Source: Bacteroidales bacterium
GTDB taxonomy: Bacteria > Bacteroidota > Bacteroidia > Bacteroidales > UBA932
NCBI GenBank assembly: GCA_017560825.1
Contig: JAFZED010000007.1
Coordinates: 6,284 to 70,283 of the forward strand
DNA: 64,000 nt
Reading direction: 5' to 3'
The translations under genes and the position numbers were made by a program. Within the stretch, counting starts at the first letter, position 1, and the number at the start of each line of letters is the position of its first letter. The notes under the pieces are model-generated. The model ran no database searches. It was not told where the DNA came from and worked only from the letters and a program-made list of their open reading frames with translations. Positions 37,609 through 49,347 of this stretch are shown here, piece by piece.

Positions 37609-40140
37609 ATGGAAAATGAAGTAAAGACCGGAAGGATTGAGCAGGTGAACATCGACCAGCAGATGAGGAGTGCGTACATCGACTACTCTATGTCTGTAAT
37701 CGTGTCGCGAGCTCTTCCTGATGTGCGTGACGGTTTCAAGCCTGTGCACAGAAGGGTGTTGTTCGGAATGGATGGACTCGGACTTCGTCATACAAGCCAG
37801 ACAAAGAAGTCTGCCCGTATCGTCGGTGAGGTACTCGGTAAGTACCACCCGCACGGAGACTCAAGCGTTTACGATGCAATGGCCAGAATGGCCCAGGACT
37901 GGAGCTTGAGGTACCCGCTTGTCTTCGGACAGGGTAACTTCGGTTCGATGGACGGCGACCCGGTAGCGGCAATGCGTTACACCGAGGCAAAACTTTCGAA
38001 GCTCTCTGATGAAGTGCTTGCAGACCTTGAAAAGGACACAGTGGATTTCCAGAACAACTTCGACGACTCTCTTCAGGAGCCTACAGTGCTTCCTACAAAG
38101 CTCCCGCTCCTTCTTTTGAACGGTTCGTCAGGTATCGCTGTGGGTATGGCGACCAATATGGCTCCTCACAACCTTACAGAGTGCTGCGACGCTATATGTG
38201 CGTATATAGACAATCCGGAGATCACCATCGAGGAACTTATGCATTATGTCAAGGGTCCTGACTTCCCTACAGGAGGTATCATTCAGGGCCGTCAGGGCAT
38301 AAAGGATGCGTTTGAGACAGGTAGAGGCCGTATCGTCATCCGCTCGAAGACTGAGATCGAGGTGAGCGATTCGGGTCGTGAGACCATCGTCGTGACAGAG
38401 ATCCCGTATATGGTGAACAAGCGCGAGATGATCGAAAAGATTGCAGAACTTGTCGAGACCAAGAAGATTGAAGGAATTGCATATATCAACGACGAGACCA
38501 CAATGAAGGGCGTGCGCATCGTCATCCGACTCAAGAAGGATGCGAATGCGAATGTGGTCCTCAATATGCTCTACAAGTACAGCCCGCTTCAGTCAAGCTT
38601 CTCTGTGAACAACGTGGCCCTCGTAAACGGAAGACCTCGCACACTGAACCTGAAGCAGCTCATCAAGTACTTCGTACGTCATCGTCACGAGGTTATCCTC
38701 AGAAGGACAAGATTCGATCTTGAAAAGGCTCAGAAGAGGGCCCACATCCTCGAAGGTCTCCTCAAGGCGCTCGACGTCATCGACGAGATCATCAGAATCA
38801 TCCGCGCATCAAAGAGTGTCGAGGATGCCAAGACAGAGTTGATGGCGACATTCGGATTCTCGGAAGTACAGGCAACGGCAATTGTCGAGATGAGACTCCG
38901 TCAGCTCACAGGTCTGGAAAGAGAAAAGCTCCAGAGTGAGTACGACGAGCTTATGAAGTTCATCCAGTACTGCCAGGACGTTCTCGCAGACGAGAACCTC
39001 CAGATGGGCATCATCAAGGATGAGACTATGGAGATGAAGGAGAAGTACGGCGACGAAAGACGTACCGAGATTGCCCTCTCTTCAGACGAATTCAATCCTG
39101 AGGACTTCTATGCTGACGAAGATGTAGTGATCACAATCTCGCATCTTGGATATATCAAGAGAACTTCACTTACCGAGTACCGTCTCCAGAACAGAGGTGG
39201 TGTGGGAATGAAGGGAAGCGCGACACGCGACGAGGACTTCATCGAGCACATCTATGTCGCGAATATGCACAGCACAATGCTCCTGTTCACCCAGAACGGA
39301 AAGTGCTACTGGCTTAAGGTCTATGAAATTCCGGAGGGATCACGTGCCTCAAAGGGACGTGCCATCCAGAACATCATCAACATCGAGCCGGATGACAAGA
39401 TCAAGACTTACCTGAATGTCCGCAACCTCAAGGACGAGGAATATGTGAACAATACATATATAGTTCTCGGAACCAAGAAGGGTATCATCAAGAAGACATC
39501 CCTCGAGGCTTACTCAAGACCAAGGGCAAACGGTGTCATCGCAGTTACTGTACGTGACGGAGACGAACTCCTCGATGCTGTTCTCACAAACGGCAATTGC
39601 GAGATCCTTCTTGCAGGACGCAAGGGACGCTGCTGCCGCTTCGATGAAGCGGATGCAAGAGCACTCGGAAGAACTGCATCAGGTGTGCGTGGCATAACTA
39701 TTGAAGATGATGACGAGGTTATCGGAATGATAGCATATGATCCGAATGCTGAGGATGCGTCTGCACACAGCCTCCTCGTAGTCAGTGAAAATGGTTATGG
39801 AAAGCGTTCGGAGTTCGACGAGTATCGCAAGACAAACAGAGGCGGAAAGGGCGTCAAGACATTGAATATCACAGAGAAGACAGGTGCTCTTGTGGCAATG
39901 AAGAATGTGACTGACGAGAACGATCTTATGATCATCAACCGCTCTGGCATCACCATCAGAATGGCAGTCGCAGACATCAAGGTTGCAGGCCGTGCTACTC
40001 AGGGCGTACGCCTCATCAACATCAGGGAGGGAGACTCGATTGCAGCTATCTCTGCAGTAAACAAGTCAGAGGAAGAGCAGAATCTCCAGCAGCCGGCACA
40101 GGAGCAGGCTCCCGAGTCAACAGAACAGACAAATAACTAA
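37609..40140 (+). CDS. gyrA: DNA gyrase subunit A
   Basis: [17 protein letters not shown], GyrA-box QNRGGVG, C-terminal pinwheel repeats; -7 element TAACTTTG at 37563-37570. Confidence 0.98.
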   Translation: MENEVKTGRIEQVNIDQQMRSAYIDYSMSVIVSRALPDVRDGFKPVHRRVLFGMDGLGLRHTSQTKKSARIVGEVLGKYHPHGDSSVYDAMARMAQDWSLRYPLVFGQGNFGSMDGDPVAAMRYTEAKLSKLSDEVLADLEKDTVDFQNNFDDSLQEPTVLPTKLPLLLLNGSSGIAVGMATNMAPHNLTECCDAICAYIDNPEITIEELMHYVKGPDFPTGGIIQGRQGIKDAFETGRGRIVIRSKTEIEVSDSGRETIVVTEIPYMVNKREMIEKIAELVETKKIEGIAYINDETTMKGVRIVIRLKKDANANVVLNMLYKYSPLQSSFSVNNVALVNGRPRTLNLKQLIKYFVRHRHEVILRRTRFDLEKAQKRAHILEGLLKALDVIDEIIRIIRASKSVEDAKTELMATFGFSEVQATAIVEMRLRQLTGLEREKLQSEYDELMKFIQYCQDVLADENLQMGIIKDETMEMKEKYGDERRTEIALSSDEFNPEDFYADEDVVITISHLGYIKRTSLTEYRLQNRGGVGMKGSATRDEDFIEHIYVANMHSTMLLFTQNGKCYWLKVYEIPEGSRASKGRAIQNIINIEPDDKIKTYLNVRNLKDEEYVNNTYIVLGTKKGIIKKTSLEAYSRPRANGVIAVTVRDGDELLDAVLTNGNCEILLAGRKGRCCRFDEADARALGRTASGVRGITIEDDDEVIGMIAYDPNAEDASAHSLLVVSENGYGKRSEFDEYRKTNRGGKGVKTLNITEKTGALVAMKNVTDENDLMIINRSGITIRMAVADIKVAGRATQGVRLINIREGDSIAAISAVNKSEEEQNLQQPAQEQAPESTEQTNN

Positions 40141-40161
40141 ATAACTTAATACCAAATTATT

Positions 40162-41475
40162 ATGAAAAGAATTTTGATCGCATTGGCAGTACTCCTTTCA
40201 GTACAGGTAGCTGATGCACAGACAAAGTCACCAGATGCAGCAAAGAAGGCAGTAGCCGCTGCAGAAGCTGCAGCTGAGAATCCAAAGAAGGCTGCTAAGG
40301 TAGCAACTTGGGTAAAGCTCGCATCATCTTATATGGATGCGTACAACGCACCTGCAGGTTCAGCTTGGGTAGGCGCATCAAAGCAGGAGCTCCAGCTCCT
40401 TATGGGTGGCCAGCAGCCGCTCGCAGTTGAGAATGTAGAGCTTGGTGGCGAGGCTCTTGTAAAGGAGACTTACGCTGACAAGGATTTCTACTTCAACGGT
40501 GGCGGACAGCTTGTTCTTATCGACGTTACTAAGCCAGTTGTAGAGAACGCTCTTGCAAAGGCTATCGATGCTTACAAGAAGGCTTATGAGGTAGACGTGA
40601 AGAAGTCAAAGATCAAGGACATCACAGGTGGTCTTGAGATCGTTGCAAGAAAGTATATGGATGAGGCTATGAATGCTTACACATTCGGTGACCTCGCTAA
40701 GGCATCGGAGCTCTTCGAGGCTGCTGCAGATGCTTCAGCAATCGAGCCGCTTGCAAAGAACGACACTACAGCTCTTTACAATGCTGGTTACACTGCTTGG
40801 GCAGTAGGTAACAATGAAAGAGCTAAGGGTATCTTCGAGAAGTGCCTTGCTATCGGTTACTACTATGAGGGTGGCGAGGTATACGCAAAACTCGGTGACA
40901 TCTACACTAAGCTTGGTGACGCAAAGAAGGGCGCAGCTACTCTTGAGGAAGGTTTCGTTAAGTTCCCACAGAGCCAGAGCATCCTTATCGGTCTTATCAA
41001 CTACTACATCTCAAGCGGCGAGAACACAGACCGTCTCTTCTCTCTCATCGATGAGGCTAAGAAGAACGAGCCTAACAATGCTTCTCTCTACTATGTTGAG
41101 GGTAACATCTACAAGGAGCTCAAGCAGATTGACAAGGCTGTAGAGAAGTATATGATGTGTGCTCAGATCAACCCTGAGTATGAGTATGGCTTCATCGGAG
41201 CAGGCGTAATGTACTATGAGCTTGCTATCGAGCTTCAGGAGAAGGCTTCAAACGAGCTTGATGACAAGAAGTGGATGGAGCTCAACAAGCAGTTCGAGGA
41301 GGCTCTCAAGAACGCCCTCAATCCATTCGAGAGCGCATTCAACCTTACAAAGGACGAGTCACTCAAGGTGAGCATCGCAGAGTACCTCAAGAACATCTAC
41401 TACCGTTTCATCTCTAACGGTCCCGAGTTCGAGGAAGGTTATAAGAAGTACAACGACATCGTAGCTTCACGCTAA
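40162..41475 (+). CDS. Exported tetratricopeptide-repeat protein
   Basis: Signal peptide ADA; TPR patterns ALYNAG..A, EPNNASLYYVEGNIY, INPEY. Confidence 0.85.
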   Translation: MKRILIALAVLLSVQVADAQTKSPDAAKKAVAAAEAAAENPKKAAKVATWVKLASSYMDAYNAPAGSAWVGASKQELQLLMGGQQPLAVENVELGGEALVKETYADKDFYFNGGGQLVLIDVTKPVVENALAKAIDAYKKAYEVDVKKSKIKDITGGLEIVARKYMDEAMNAYTFGDLAKASELFEAAADASAIEPLAKNDTTALYNAGYTAWAVGNNERAKGIFEKCLAIGYYYEGGEVYAKLGDIYTKLGDAKKGAATLEEGFVKFPQSQSILIGLINYYISSGENTDRLFSLIDEAKKNEPNNASLYYVEGNIYKELKQIDKAVEKYMMCAQINPEYEYGFIGAGVMYYELAIELQEKASNELDDKKWMELNKQFEEALKNALNPFESAFNLTKDESLKVSIAEYLKNIYYRFISNGPEFEEGYKKYNDIVASR

Positions 41476-41498
41476 TCGTTATACATATTAATATATAG

Positions 41499-41531
41499 GA
41501 AGAGCAGACCGTCAGGCCTGCTCTTCTTTTT
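41499..41531 (+). terminator. Terminator of gyrA-TPR, overlapping the phoH stop codon
   Basis: GAAGAGCAG...CTGCTCTTC followed by TTTTT. Confidence 0.65.
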
Positions 41532-42459
41532 CAAATGCTTTGACTATCTTGGCTACAAGAGGGTGTCGGACTATGTCTTCGTTCTTGAAGAATATTGTCT
41601 TGACGCCCTTTATGTTTTTTGTCAGCTCTATTCCTTTCAGGAGTCCCGAGTCCCTTTTGTTAGGAAGGTCGATCTGGCTGGCGTCTCCTGTGACGATGAA
41701 TTTGGCATCGCAGCCCATACGGGTGAGGAACATCTTCAGCTGGCCGAGGTTGGTGTTCTGCGCCTCGTCGAGAATCACGCAGGCTCTGTCCAGGGTGCGG
41801 CCTCTCATATATGCAAGTGGGGCAATCTGAATGGTTCCTTCAGCCATAAATTCCTGGAGCCTCTTGCCTGGAATCATATCCCCGAGGGCATCGTACAGAG
41901 GCTGGAGATACGGGTCAAGCTTGTCCTTGAGGTCGCCTGGCAGGAATCCGAGCCTTTCACCTGCCTCTACAGCAGGTCTTGTCAGGATGATCCTCTTTAT
42001 CTCTCTGTTTTTCAATGCTCTGACTGCCAGTGCTATGGCTATGTAGGTCTTACCTGTTCCGGCTGGGCCTACTGCAAAAAGAAGATCGTTTTCAAAATAC
42101 GACTTCACCATCTCCTGCTGGGTGCGGTTGCGGGCCTTGATCGGCTTGCCGTCATTGCCGTAGACGATTGTGGATTCGCCTGTAAGCTTGAACCTGTCCG
42201 GAGATGATTCGCCGTCGAACAGGTCTTCCACATCGTATGGAGTCACGTTCATCTTGTGCTGTCTTCTTTCGATCAGCATATGAAGTTTCTTCTCAAATGA
42301 AAGTGTGTCTTCTTCTGTGCCTTCAAGGATGATTTCGTTGCCTCTTGCCACCACTTTCAGATTAGGAAAATAGGTGCACAAGGCCTCCAGATTCTTGTTG
42401 GCTGCCCCATAGATCTCAATGGGGTCAATGGATTCAAGTACAATTGTCTTCTTGCTCAT
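41512..42459 (-). CDS. phoH: PhoH-family ATPase
   Basis: GPAGTGKT, TRPAVEAGERLGFLPGDL, AYMRGRTL, DEAQN, VRHPLV. Confidence 0.95.
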   Translation of the reverse strand: MSKKTIVLESIDPIEIYGAANKNLEALCTYFPNLKVVARGNEIILEGTEEDTLSFEKKLHMLIERRQHKMNVTPYDVEDLFDGESSPDRFKLTGESTIVYGNDGKPIKARNRTQQEMVKSYFENDLLFAVGPAGTGKTYIAIALAVRALKNREIKRIILTRPAVEAGERLGFLPGDLKDKLDPYLQPLYDALGDMIPGKRLQEFMAEGTIQIAPLAYMRGRTLDRACVILDEAQNTNLGQLKMFLTRMGCDAKFIVTGDASQIDLPNKRDSGLLKGIELTKNIKGVKTIFFKNEDIVRHPLVAKIVKAFEKEEQA

Positions 42460-42461
42460 TA

Positions 42462-43607
42462 TCAGTCTTTTATTCCTGTTTTTTCTTTTACGTGTCTGTA
42501 GGTGTCAATCATTTTGTCATAGTCGTATGATCCGAGCCACCTGTCCTTTTTACCTATGAATTTCTTCACTGGGATCACTGTGTATGACCTATTGTATCCA
42601 CCTGGTCTTGAACACCAGATGTAGGTGAAGTCGATAGGCAGGAACTTCAAGTCCCCGTTGTGCAGCCGGACTACTGAAATCTTGGCCAGCAGACCGAGCT
42701 GGGTGTTTCTTGCGCTCATATTCGAGACTGCATTTCCCAATGAATATGCCACATTCGCTGAGCCTGTAATCTGTGCGTCCTGAATGACGTGCGGGTGACT
42801 TCCGATTATGAAATCCGCCCCGTTTTCCGACAGCCATACGGCCATTTCTTCCTGGGTCTCATTGTGTTTCAGGACGTATTCGTCTCCCCAATGAGGCAAG
42901 GCTATGGTAAGGTCTGCGTCTTCGTTATATGCCTTTGCAAACGCTTCTCTCAAGAAGTCCCTGTTTGCCATATAATTGACTTTAGGCCAATGGGTTCCGC
43001 TTCCCATATTTGTTCCGTAAGTGAAGTTTATCAAGGCAGTTCTTATGCCCTTTTTCAGTACGAAAAGCGGATTGGTCTCCTCCCTTTCCTCCTCACCGGA
43101 CGCAAGGCCGGTGAAACGGATGTCTTTCATATTTCTATATATATCCAACGTCCTTTCCGCACCCTTGCCGCCCTTGTCGAAGATGTGGTTGTTGGCGGTT
43201 AGAAATATGTCGAAGCCACAGTCGGCCAGGTACTTTGCGTAGCTGTCCGGCGCGGAGAAGCACGGGTAGCCTGTGTGTGGCTCTCCAGCCAGGGTGAACT
43301 CCATATTCGCAATTGCGATGTCGGCCTTTTCTATATCCTCTTGTATAAGGTGAAAATAGGAACTGAAATCGTAATCCTGACCGCCTCTGTGGGCATTTTG
43401 GATCTGGTTGGCGTGCATCATCATATCACCTGCCACAAGGATGGTCAGGGTGTCGGATGCAAACAAAGGTTCGACCTCGAATATTGACTTTGACCATCTT
43501 TCCGGCATAATTATTTCCTGTGCATCGAGGTTTGTGCCCCCGAGTGTGCAGAAAGTGATTATTGAAGCGGCTGTGAGCTTAAATATATGTGAAGAAAAAA
43601 TGGCCAA
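42462..43607 (-). CDS. CapA-family metallophosphatase-fold protein
   Basis: AGDMM, ANME, ANNHIFD, PHWGDEY, GSHPHV, YSLGN. Confidence 0.88.
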   Translation of the reverse strand: MAIFSSHIFKLTAASIITFCTLGGTNLDAQEIIMPERWSKSIFEVEPLFASDTLTILVAGDMMMHANQIQNAHRGGQDYDFSSYFHLIQEDIEKADIAIANMEFTLAGEPHTGYPCFSAPDSYAKYLADCGFDIFLTANNHIFDKGGKGAERTLDIYRNMKDIRFTGLASGEEEREETNPLFVLKKGIRTALINFTYGTNMGSGTHWPKVNYMANRDFLREAFAKAYNEDADLTIALPHWGDEYVLKHNETQEEMAVWLSENGADFIIGSHPHVIQDAQITGSANVAYSLGNAVSNMSARNTQLGLLAKISVVRLHNGDLKFLPIDFTYIWCSRPGGYNRSYTVIPVKKFIGKKDRWLGSYDYDKMIDTYRHVKEKTGIKD

Positions 43608-43631
43608 TATCAGTGTTATTTAGTTTCTCAA

Positions 43632-43657
43632 GTCATCCCCGACTTGATCGGGGATCT
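43632..43657 (+). repeat. REP-like palindrome
   Basis: GTCATCCCCGA-CTTGA-TCGGGGATCT; same GTCATCCC head as the dnaK-leader units. Confidence 0.65.
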
Positions 43658-43767
43658 CTTGCAAATATATCAAGAATTATTTTGTCTCAGAGTATTAAAT
43701 CGTTAAATTTGCACGAATACGCAATTTTGAACGCAAAATGAAACCCAACGTGAAAATCTTTGATGGT

Positions 43768-44286
43768 ATGAGACATAATGTGACACTTCTTCTTGCTGTT
43801 CTTATGATGACAGTTACAAGCTGTGATTTTATGAGAGTGCTGGCCGGAAGGCCTACAAGCAAGGACATAGAGAACAAGAGGCTGGAGATAATCAAGGCTG
43901 AGGAGGCCGCTCTTCAGGCCAAGCTTGACTCAATGAGACTTCAGGAGGAGAAGAGGGTTGCTGATTCCCTTGCCGCAATGCAGGCTTTGGTTTCAGCCGG
44001 CGTAGTGCTGTCTGGCCCTGAGAGGCTTGGAGGCCTTGTAGCTGAGTCACTTCCGTTAAAATATCACGTGGTAGCAGGTGCGTTCAAAGATGGAAAGAAT
44101 GCTCAGAAGCTTGCTGATGAAGCCTCTGCCAAAGGTTATAAGGTTGCTCTTCTCGAATGCAGAAGGGGAATGATTGCAGTGGGACTATGCCCGTCTGACA
44201 ACATTGCTGAGGTAGCCTCATCATATGATGCGTTGAAGAATGAAACGTTCTTTCCAAAGGATGCGTGGGTGCTTGTAATGGAGTAG
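43768..44286 (+). CDS. SPOR-domain lipoprotein
   Basis: Lipobox VTSC; YHVVAGAFKD.KNA.KL...KGY and C-terminal KDAWVL. Start 43768 preferred over 43738. Confidence 0.75.
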   Translation: MRHNVTLLLAVLMMTVTSCDFMRVLAGRPTSKDIENKRLEIIKAEEAALQAKLDSMRLQEEKRVADSLAAMQALVSAGVVLSGPERLGGLVAESLPLKYHVVAGAFKDGKNAQKLADEASAKGYKVALLECRRGMIAVGLCPSDNIAEVASSYDALKNETFFPKDAWVLVME

Positions 44287-44289
44287 TTT

Positions 44290-45642
44290 ATGAAATTGAA
44301 GAAGTTGTTTTTATTGTGCATTGCACTCATTGTGTCACTGACTGCTGGCGCGCAGTTCCGTGAAGGTGCCTCGTATGAGGAACTCTATGACAGCGAGACA
44401 GTTGCAGCTGTGAAATCTCACGTGAGAGAACTTTCTGCCAATCATCTTGAGGGTAGAAAGCCGGGTTCCGAGGGCGAAAAGTACGCGGCTGAGTACGTTG
44501 CTGCAAAGTTCAAGGAGTACGGTCTCGACTTGCTTTCGCCTGCAGATGGCGAGGTGTTCGGTATCAAGACCGAGTCAGGAGACACTATCACCTCAAGAAA
44601 CGTCATCGCCTATGTCCAGGGATATGACAAAAATCTTCGCGACCACTACATCGTGGTCGGCGCCAGACTTGATAATATCGGTACATCTGTCACGATGATT
44701 GACGGCAAGCCGGTCGAGAGGGTGTACTGCGGAGCAAACGGTAATGCTTCAGGACTTGCAATGCTCCTGGAGCTTGCAAGAATGGTCCAGACCAACTCAA
44801 TCCTCTTCCGACGTTCTGTCATTTTCGTCGCTTTCGGCGCTTCGACGGAGACTTTTGCCGGATCGTGGTACTTCCTGAACCGTTCTTTCAAGGGCGCGGA
44901 TTCCATCGACGGAATGATAAACCTGGATATGCTTGGCACAGCCTATAACGGCTTTTATGCCTACACATCGTCAAATTCGGATATGAATGCTCTCATCGGA
45001 ACGCTTTCGGGTAACCTTCAACCTATTGTTCCTGAAGTGGTTGCTGTTGAACCATATCCTTCCGACCACAGGGCTTTCTATGACAAGGAGATACCTTCGG
45101 TGATGTTTACCACAGGCCGTTATCCTGAACACAACACAGACAGGGACACCCAGTCCATCATAGATTTTGAAAATATGGAAAGGGAACTGGAATATATCTA
45201 CAACTTTACTGAGGCCCTTGCAAATGCGAATGAAAAGATGCTTTTCCTCGCTTCTGACCTGCCGGTAAGCAAGCGCTCGGGTGAGGATGTGGTTTCGTAT
45301 TATGAATGTGACCAGAGACCGACCTTCCTCGGTACGTCCGAGCCGTCCCAGTTCCTTGAGAAGTGGGTCTATCAGTACCTGAGGTACCCGGAGAAGGCTG
45401 TCCGTGACGGCGTGCAGGGACGTGTGGTGGTAGAATTTGTCATCGAGAAGGATGGAAAGGTTTCTGATGTCAGAGTCATAAAAGGCGTGTCGGAAGAACT
45501 TGATGCAGAGGCAGTTAAAGTCATAAGCGCGTCCCCTAAGTGGAAGCCTGGAAGGGTGAGGGGAGAGAAGGTGCGTACAACCCTGAGCCTCCCTGTCGAA
45601 TTCCGACTTGAAAAGAAAGGCTCCAAATCGTCAAGGCATTAA
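44290..45642 (+). CDS. Degenerate M28 peptidase domain fused to a TonB C-terminal domain
   Basis: Signal peptide AGA; LEGRKPGSEG, NVIAYVQG, NLDM, SDH; C-terminal LRYPEKA...GVQGRVVVEFVIEKDG...LDAEAVKVI...WKPG...PVEFRL. Confidence 0.85.
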   Translation: MKLKKLFLLCIALIVSLTAGAQFREGASYEELYDSETVAAVKSHVRELSANHLEGRKPGSEGEKYAAEYVAAKFKEYGLDLLSPADGEVFGIKTESGDTITSRNVIAYVQGYDKNLRDHYIVVGARLDNIGTSVTMIDGKPVERVYCGANGNASGLAMLLELARMVQTNSILFRRSVIFVAFGASTETFAGSWYFLNRSFKGADSIDGMINLDMLGTAYNGFYAYTSSNSDMNALIGTLSGNLQPIVPEVVAVEPYPSDHRAFYDKEIPSVMFTTGRYPEHNTDRDTQSIIDFENMERELEYIYNFTEALANANEKMLFLASDLPVSKRSGEDVVSYYECDQRPTFLGTSEPSQFLEKWVYQYLRYPEKAVRDGVQGRVVVEFVIEKDGKVSDVRVIKGVSEELDAEAVKVISASPKWKPGRVRGEKVRTTLSLPVEFRLEKKGSKSSRH

Positions 45643-45680
45643 AGAATTAATATTATCTTTACAAGATATTTTATATACCT

Positions 45681-48446
45681 ATGGAATACAATTTTAAGGA
45701 AATCGAAAGCAAATGGCAGTCATTCTGGGCTGCCAATCAGACATTCAAGGCTGAGATCGACAATTCAAAGCCCAAATATTATGTCCTTGATATGTTCCCG
45801 TATCCTTCCGGAGCGGGTCTTCACGTGGGACACCCGCTCGGATACATCGCGAGCGACATCTACAGCCGTTACAAGCGTCTGTGCGGATTCAATGTCCTTC
45901 ATCCGATGGGCTATGATGCGTTCGGCCTTCCGGCAGAGCAGTATGCGATCCAGACCGGACAGCACCCTGCAGTGACTACAGAGAAGAACATTGCGCGTTA
46001 CCGCAACCAGATGGACCGTATCGGATTCTCTTATGACTGGTCACGTGAGGTGCGCACCTGTGATCCTGAGTACTACAAGTGGACTCAGTGGGCATTCCTT
46101 AAGATGTTCGACAGCTGGTATGACAATGCACAGCAGAAGGCGCGTCCGATTGCTGATCTCGAAGCGGCTTTCGCACAGGGCGGAAGCGCCGCTGTCGATG
46201 CAGCCTGCGGTGACGTGAAGCCGTTTACAGCAGAAGAGTGGGCAGGCTACTCTGAGAAGGAGAGAGCTGATGTGCTTATGCAGTACAGGATCGCTTATCA
46301 GGGTGAGACTTCGGTAAACTGGTGCCCGGCTTTGGGTACAGTGCTCGCAAACGACGAGGTGAAGGAAGGCTACTCTGTACGTGGCGGACATCCTGTGGAG
46401 CAGAAGAAGATGACACAGTGGCAGCTGCGCGTGTCTGCATATGCAGGAAGACTTCTTGATGATCTCGAAACTCTCGAATGGACTGACTCACTGAAGGATA
46501 TGCAGCGCAACTGGATAGGCAAGAGCCAGGGTGCAGAGATGGTCTTCAAGGTTTCGAATGGAGAGCAGGAGTACGATATGACTATCTTCACCACCAGGGC
46601 TGACACAGTCTTCGGCGTTACCTTTATGGTACTTGCTCCAGAGAGCGAGTGGGTGGAGAAACTCACAACTCCTGAGCAGAAAGAGGCTGTCGAGGAGTAC
46701 CTCGCAATGGCAAAGAAGAAGACAGAGCGCGAGAGAATGACACAGGGCAAGAAGGTTACCGGTGTCTTCTCAGGTTCATATGCAGTAAATCCTCTCACAG
46801 GTGACAAGGTGCCTGTGTGGATCTCTGAGTATGTTCTTGCCGGCTATGGTACAGGTGCAATTATGGCTGTGCCTGCACACGACAGCAGAGACTACGCTTT
46901 TGCAAGACACTTCGACCTTCCTGTCATTCCTCTTATCGAGGGATGCGACGTAAGCGAGGCAAGCTTTGACGCAAAGGAAGGAAAGATGTGCAACTCAGGT
47001 TTCCTAAATGGAATGGATGTAAAAGAGGCGATTCCTGCAGCTATCGACTATGTTGAGAAGCACGGAATCGGCCGCAGAAAGATAAACTACCGTCTTCGTG
47101 ATGCGATCTTCTCGCGTCAGAGGTATTGGGGAGAACCGTTCCCTATGTATTTCAAGGATGGCATCGCCACACCTATGCCTTTCGAGTCACTTCCACTCGA
47201 ACTTCCGGAGGTAGACAAGTTCCTCCCTACAGAGACAGGAGAGCCACCTCTTGGACGTGCTGAGGGCTGGACAGTGGACGGCTATCCTATCGAGAAGAGC
47301 ACAATGCCGGGCTTTGCAGGCAGCAGCGCCTACTATCTCAGATATATGGACCCTCACAACAACGAGGCTCTTGTAAGCAGAGAGGCTGACGAGTACTGGC
47401 AGGATGTAGACCTTTATATCGGTGGTACTGAGCACGCTACAGGTCACCTTATCTACTCCCGTTTCTGGAACAAGTTCCTCTATGATCTCGGATACATCTG
47501 CAAGAACGAGCCTTTCAAGAAGCTCATCAACCAGGGTATGATCCAGGGACGCTCGAACTTCGTTTACAGAATCATCAACACAAACACCTTTGTTTCTGCA
47601 GGACTGAAGGACCAGTACGAGACAACTGAGATTCACGTGGATGTGAACATCGTGTATAATGACCGTCTCGACCTTGAGGCTTTCCGCAACTGGATGCCTG
47701 AGTATGCAACTGCTGAGTTCATCCTCGAGGATGGCGAGTACATCTGCGGATGGGCAATCGAGAAGATGTCAAAGTCTATGTTCAACGTGGTGAATCCGGA
47801 TATGATCTGCGACACTTACGGCGCTGACACTCTGAGACTTTACGAAATGTTCCTCGGCCCGCTCGAGCAGTCTAAGCCTTGGGACACAAAGGGTATCGAT
47901 GGAGTGAACCGTTTCCTCAAGAAGGTGTGGAGAATGTTCTATGACCGTGACGGCTTCATCGTGACAGATGAGAAGGCTACGCCGGAGGAACTCAAGTCTC
48001 TCCACAAACTCATCGGTAAGGTGCGCACAGACATCGAGGCGTTCTCATTCAACACAGCTGTCAGTGCGTTTATGATTGCAGTGAACGAACTCAACGACCT
48101 CAAGTGTACAAAGCGTGAAATCCTCGAGCCGCTGATCATCCTCCTTTCACCGTTTGCTCCGCACATCGCAGAGGAACTTTGGGAGGCTCTCGGTCACAAG
48201 GAAAGCATCACCTATGCTGCCTTCCCTGAGTACATCGAGGCATATACAATTGAAAACACCTGCACATATGCGGTTTCATTCAACGGTAAGACAAGATTTA
48301 CTGTCGAACTCCCTCTCGATATGCCTCGCGAGGAAGTTGATGCACACGTAAGAGGTCTTGAGCTTACCTCGAAATATGTAGCCGGCGGCAACATCGTGAA
48401 AGTGATCGTTGTGCCTGGAAAGATCGTCAATATAGTCGTAAAATAA
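45681..48446 (+). CDS. leuS: Leucine--tRNA ligase
   Basis: [40 protein letters not shown]. Confidence 0.98.
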   Translation: MEYNFKEIESKWQSFWAANQTFKAEIDNSKPKYYVLDMFPYPSGAGLHVGHPLGYIASDIYSRYKRLCGFNVLHPMGYDAFGLPAEQYAIQTGQHPAVTTEKNIARYRNQMDRIGFSYDWSREVRTCDPEYYKWTQWAFLKMFDSWYDNAQQKARPIADLEAAFAQGGSAAVDAACGDVKPFTAEEWAGYSEKERADVLMQYRIAYQGETSVNWCPALGTVLANDEVKEGYSVRGGHPVEQKKMTQWQLRVSAYAGRLLDDLETLEWTDSLKDMQRNWIGKSQGAEMVFKVSNGEQEYDMTIFTTRADTVFGVTFMVLAPESEWVEKLTTPEQKEAVEEYLAMAKKKTERERMTQGKKVTGVFSGSYAVNPLTGDKVPVWISEYVLAGYGTGAIMAVPAHDSRDYAFARHFDLPVIPLIEGCDVSEASFDAKEGKMCNSGFLNGMDVKEAIPAAIDYVEKHGIGRRKINYRLRDAIFSRQRYWGEPFPMYFKDGIATPMPFESLPLELPEVDKFLPTETGEPPLGRAEGWTVDGYPIEKSTMPGFAGSSAYYLRYMDPHNNEALVSREADEYWQDVDLYIGGTEHATGHLIYSRFWNKFLYDLGYICKNEPFKKLINQGMIQGRSNFVYRIINTNTFVSAGLKDQYETTEIHVDVNIVYNDRLDLEAFRNWMPEYATAEFILEDGEYICGWAIEKMSKSMFNVVNPDMICDTYGADTLRLYEMFLGPLEQSKPWDTKGIDGVNRFLKKVWRMFYDRDGFIVTDEKATPEELKSLHKLIGKVRTDIEAFSFNTAVSAFMIAVNELNDLKCTKREILEPLIILLSPFAPHIAEELWEALGHKESITYAAFPEYIEAYTIENTCTYAVSFNGKTRFTVELPLDMPREEVDAHVRGLELTSKYVAGGNIVKVIVVPGKIVNIVVK

Positions 48447-48448
48447 AT

Positions 48449-49342
48449 ATGAAGCTTGAGAAGATATTGGCTACCGTCTGGGATTATTTCCTGATGACAG
48501 TCGGTTCAGTCATCTTTGTGATGGCCTGGACATCCTTCCTTATTCCGAACGGACTCGCCAGCGGTGGTCTGACAGGTCTCTGTACCATTCTCCAGTATGG
48601 CACAGGAATACCTGTGGGATGGACCTACCCGGCGTTGAATGTAATCCTCCTTCTTCTCGGATTCCTTGTCCTGGGCAAGGGATTCGGATTCAAGACCATC
48701 TATGTGATTGCATTCACGTCCATTCTGTTCGAAGTGCTCCCTAAATTTCCGGCACTTGAGGTTCTTATGGATGAGAAACTTCTTGTTGTGCTTGTGGGTT
48801 CGGTGATGGAATCGGTAGGTATCGGAATTGTCCTTCTGCGAGGAGGAAGTACTGGTGGCCTTGATATCATAGCAATGATTATCAATAAGTTCTGGCCGAT
48901 TTCTGTGGGCAGGGTTTACCTTTGTCTCGATATATTCATCATCTCTACTCTTCTGCTTGTGCCGGAGAAAGGTCTTGTGGATATGATATATGCTTATCTG
49001 ATGATGGTTGCGTTCTCTTTCGGCATTGACTTCGTTCTTCTTGGAGACAAGTCGACTGTGCAGATCCTTGTGTTCTCAGAAAAATATAAGGAGGTCGCGG
49101 ATTACATCATCAACGATATGCGCAGAGGTGTCACAGCGCTCGAATCTGTGGGCTGGTACTCTCAGAAGGAAAGCAAGGTGCTGATGATTGTGGCAAGGAA
49201 GAATCAGATGCAAGAGATTGTCAGTGGAGTCAAATCCATCGATAAGAAGGCTTTCATTTCTGTATCTTCGGCGATGAGCGTGTACGGTGAAGGATTCGAA
49301 GATGTCAAGGACGGATTGAAAAAGATTAAAAAAGATAAATAA
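48449..49342 (+). CDS. YitT-family membrane protein
   Basis: SGGLTG, GGSTGGLDI, RGVT...GWYS, ID..AF.S...SVYGEGF. Confidence 0.9.
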   Translation: MKLEKILATVWDYFLMTVGSVIFVMAWTSFLIPNGLASGGLTGLCTILQYGTGIPVGWTYPALNVILLLLGFLVLGKGFGFKTIYVIAFTSILFEVLPKFPALEVLMDEKLLVVLVGSVMESVGIGIVLLRGGSTGGLDIIAMIINKFWPISVGRVYLCLDIFIISTLLLVPEKGLVDMIYAYLMMVAFSFGIDFVLLGDKSTVQILVFSEKYKEVADYIINDMRRGVTALESVGWYSQKESKVLMIVARKNQMQEIVSGVKSIDKKAFISVSSAMSVYGEGFEDVKDGLKKIKKDK

Positions 49343-49347
49343 TTGAA

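Noticed and set aside
37840-37880. GyrA quinolone-resistance region
   Set aside because: HGDSSVYD retains the Ser and acidic residue; no resistance substitution is evident.
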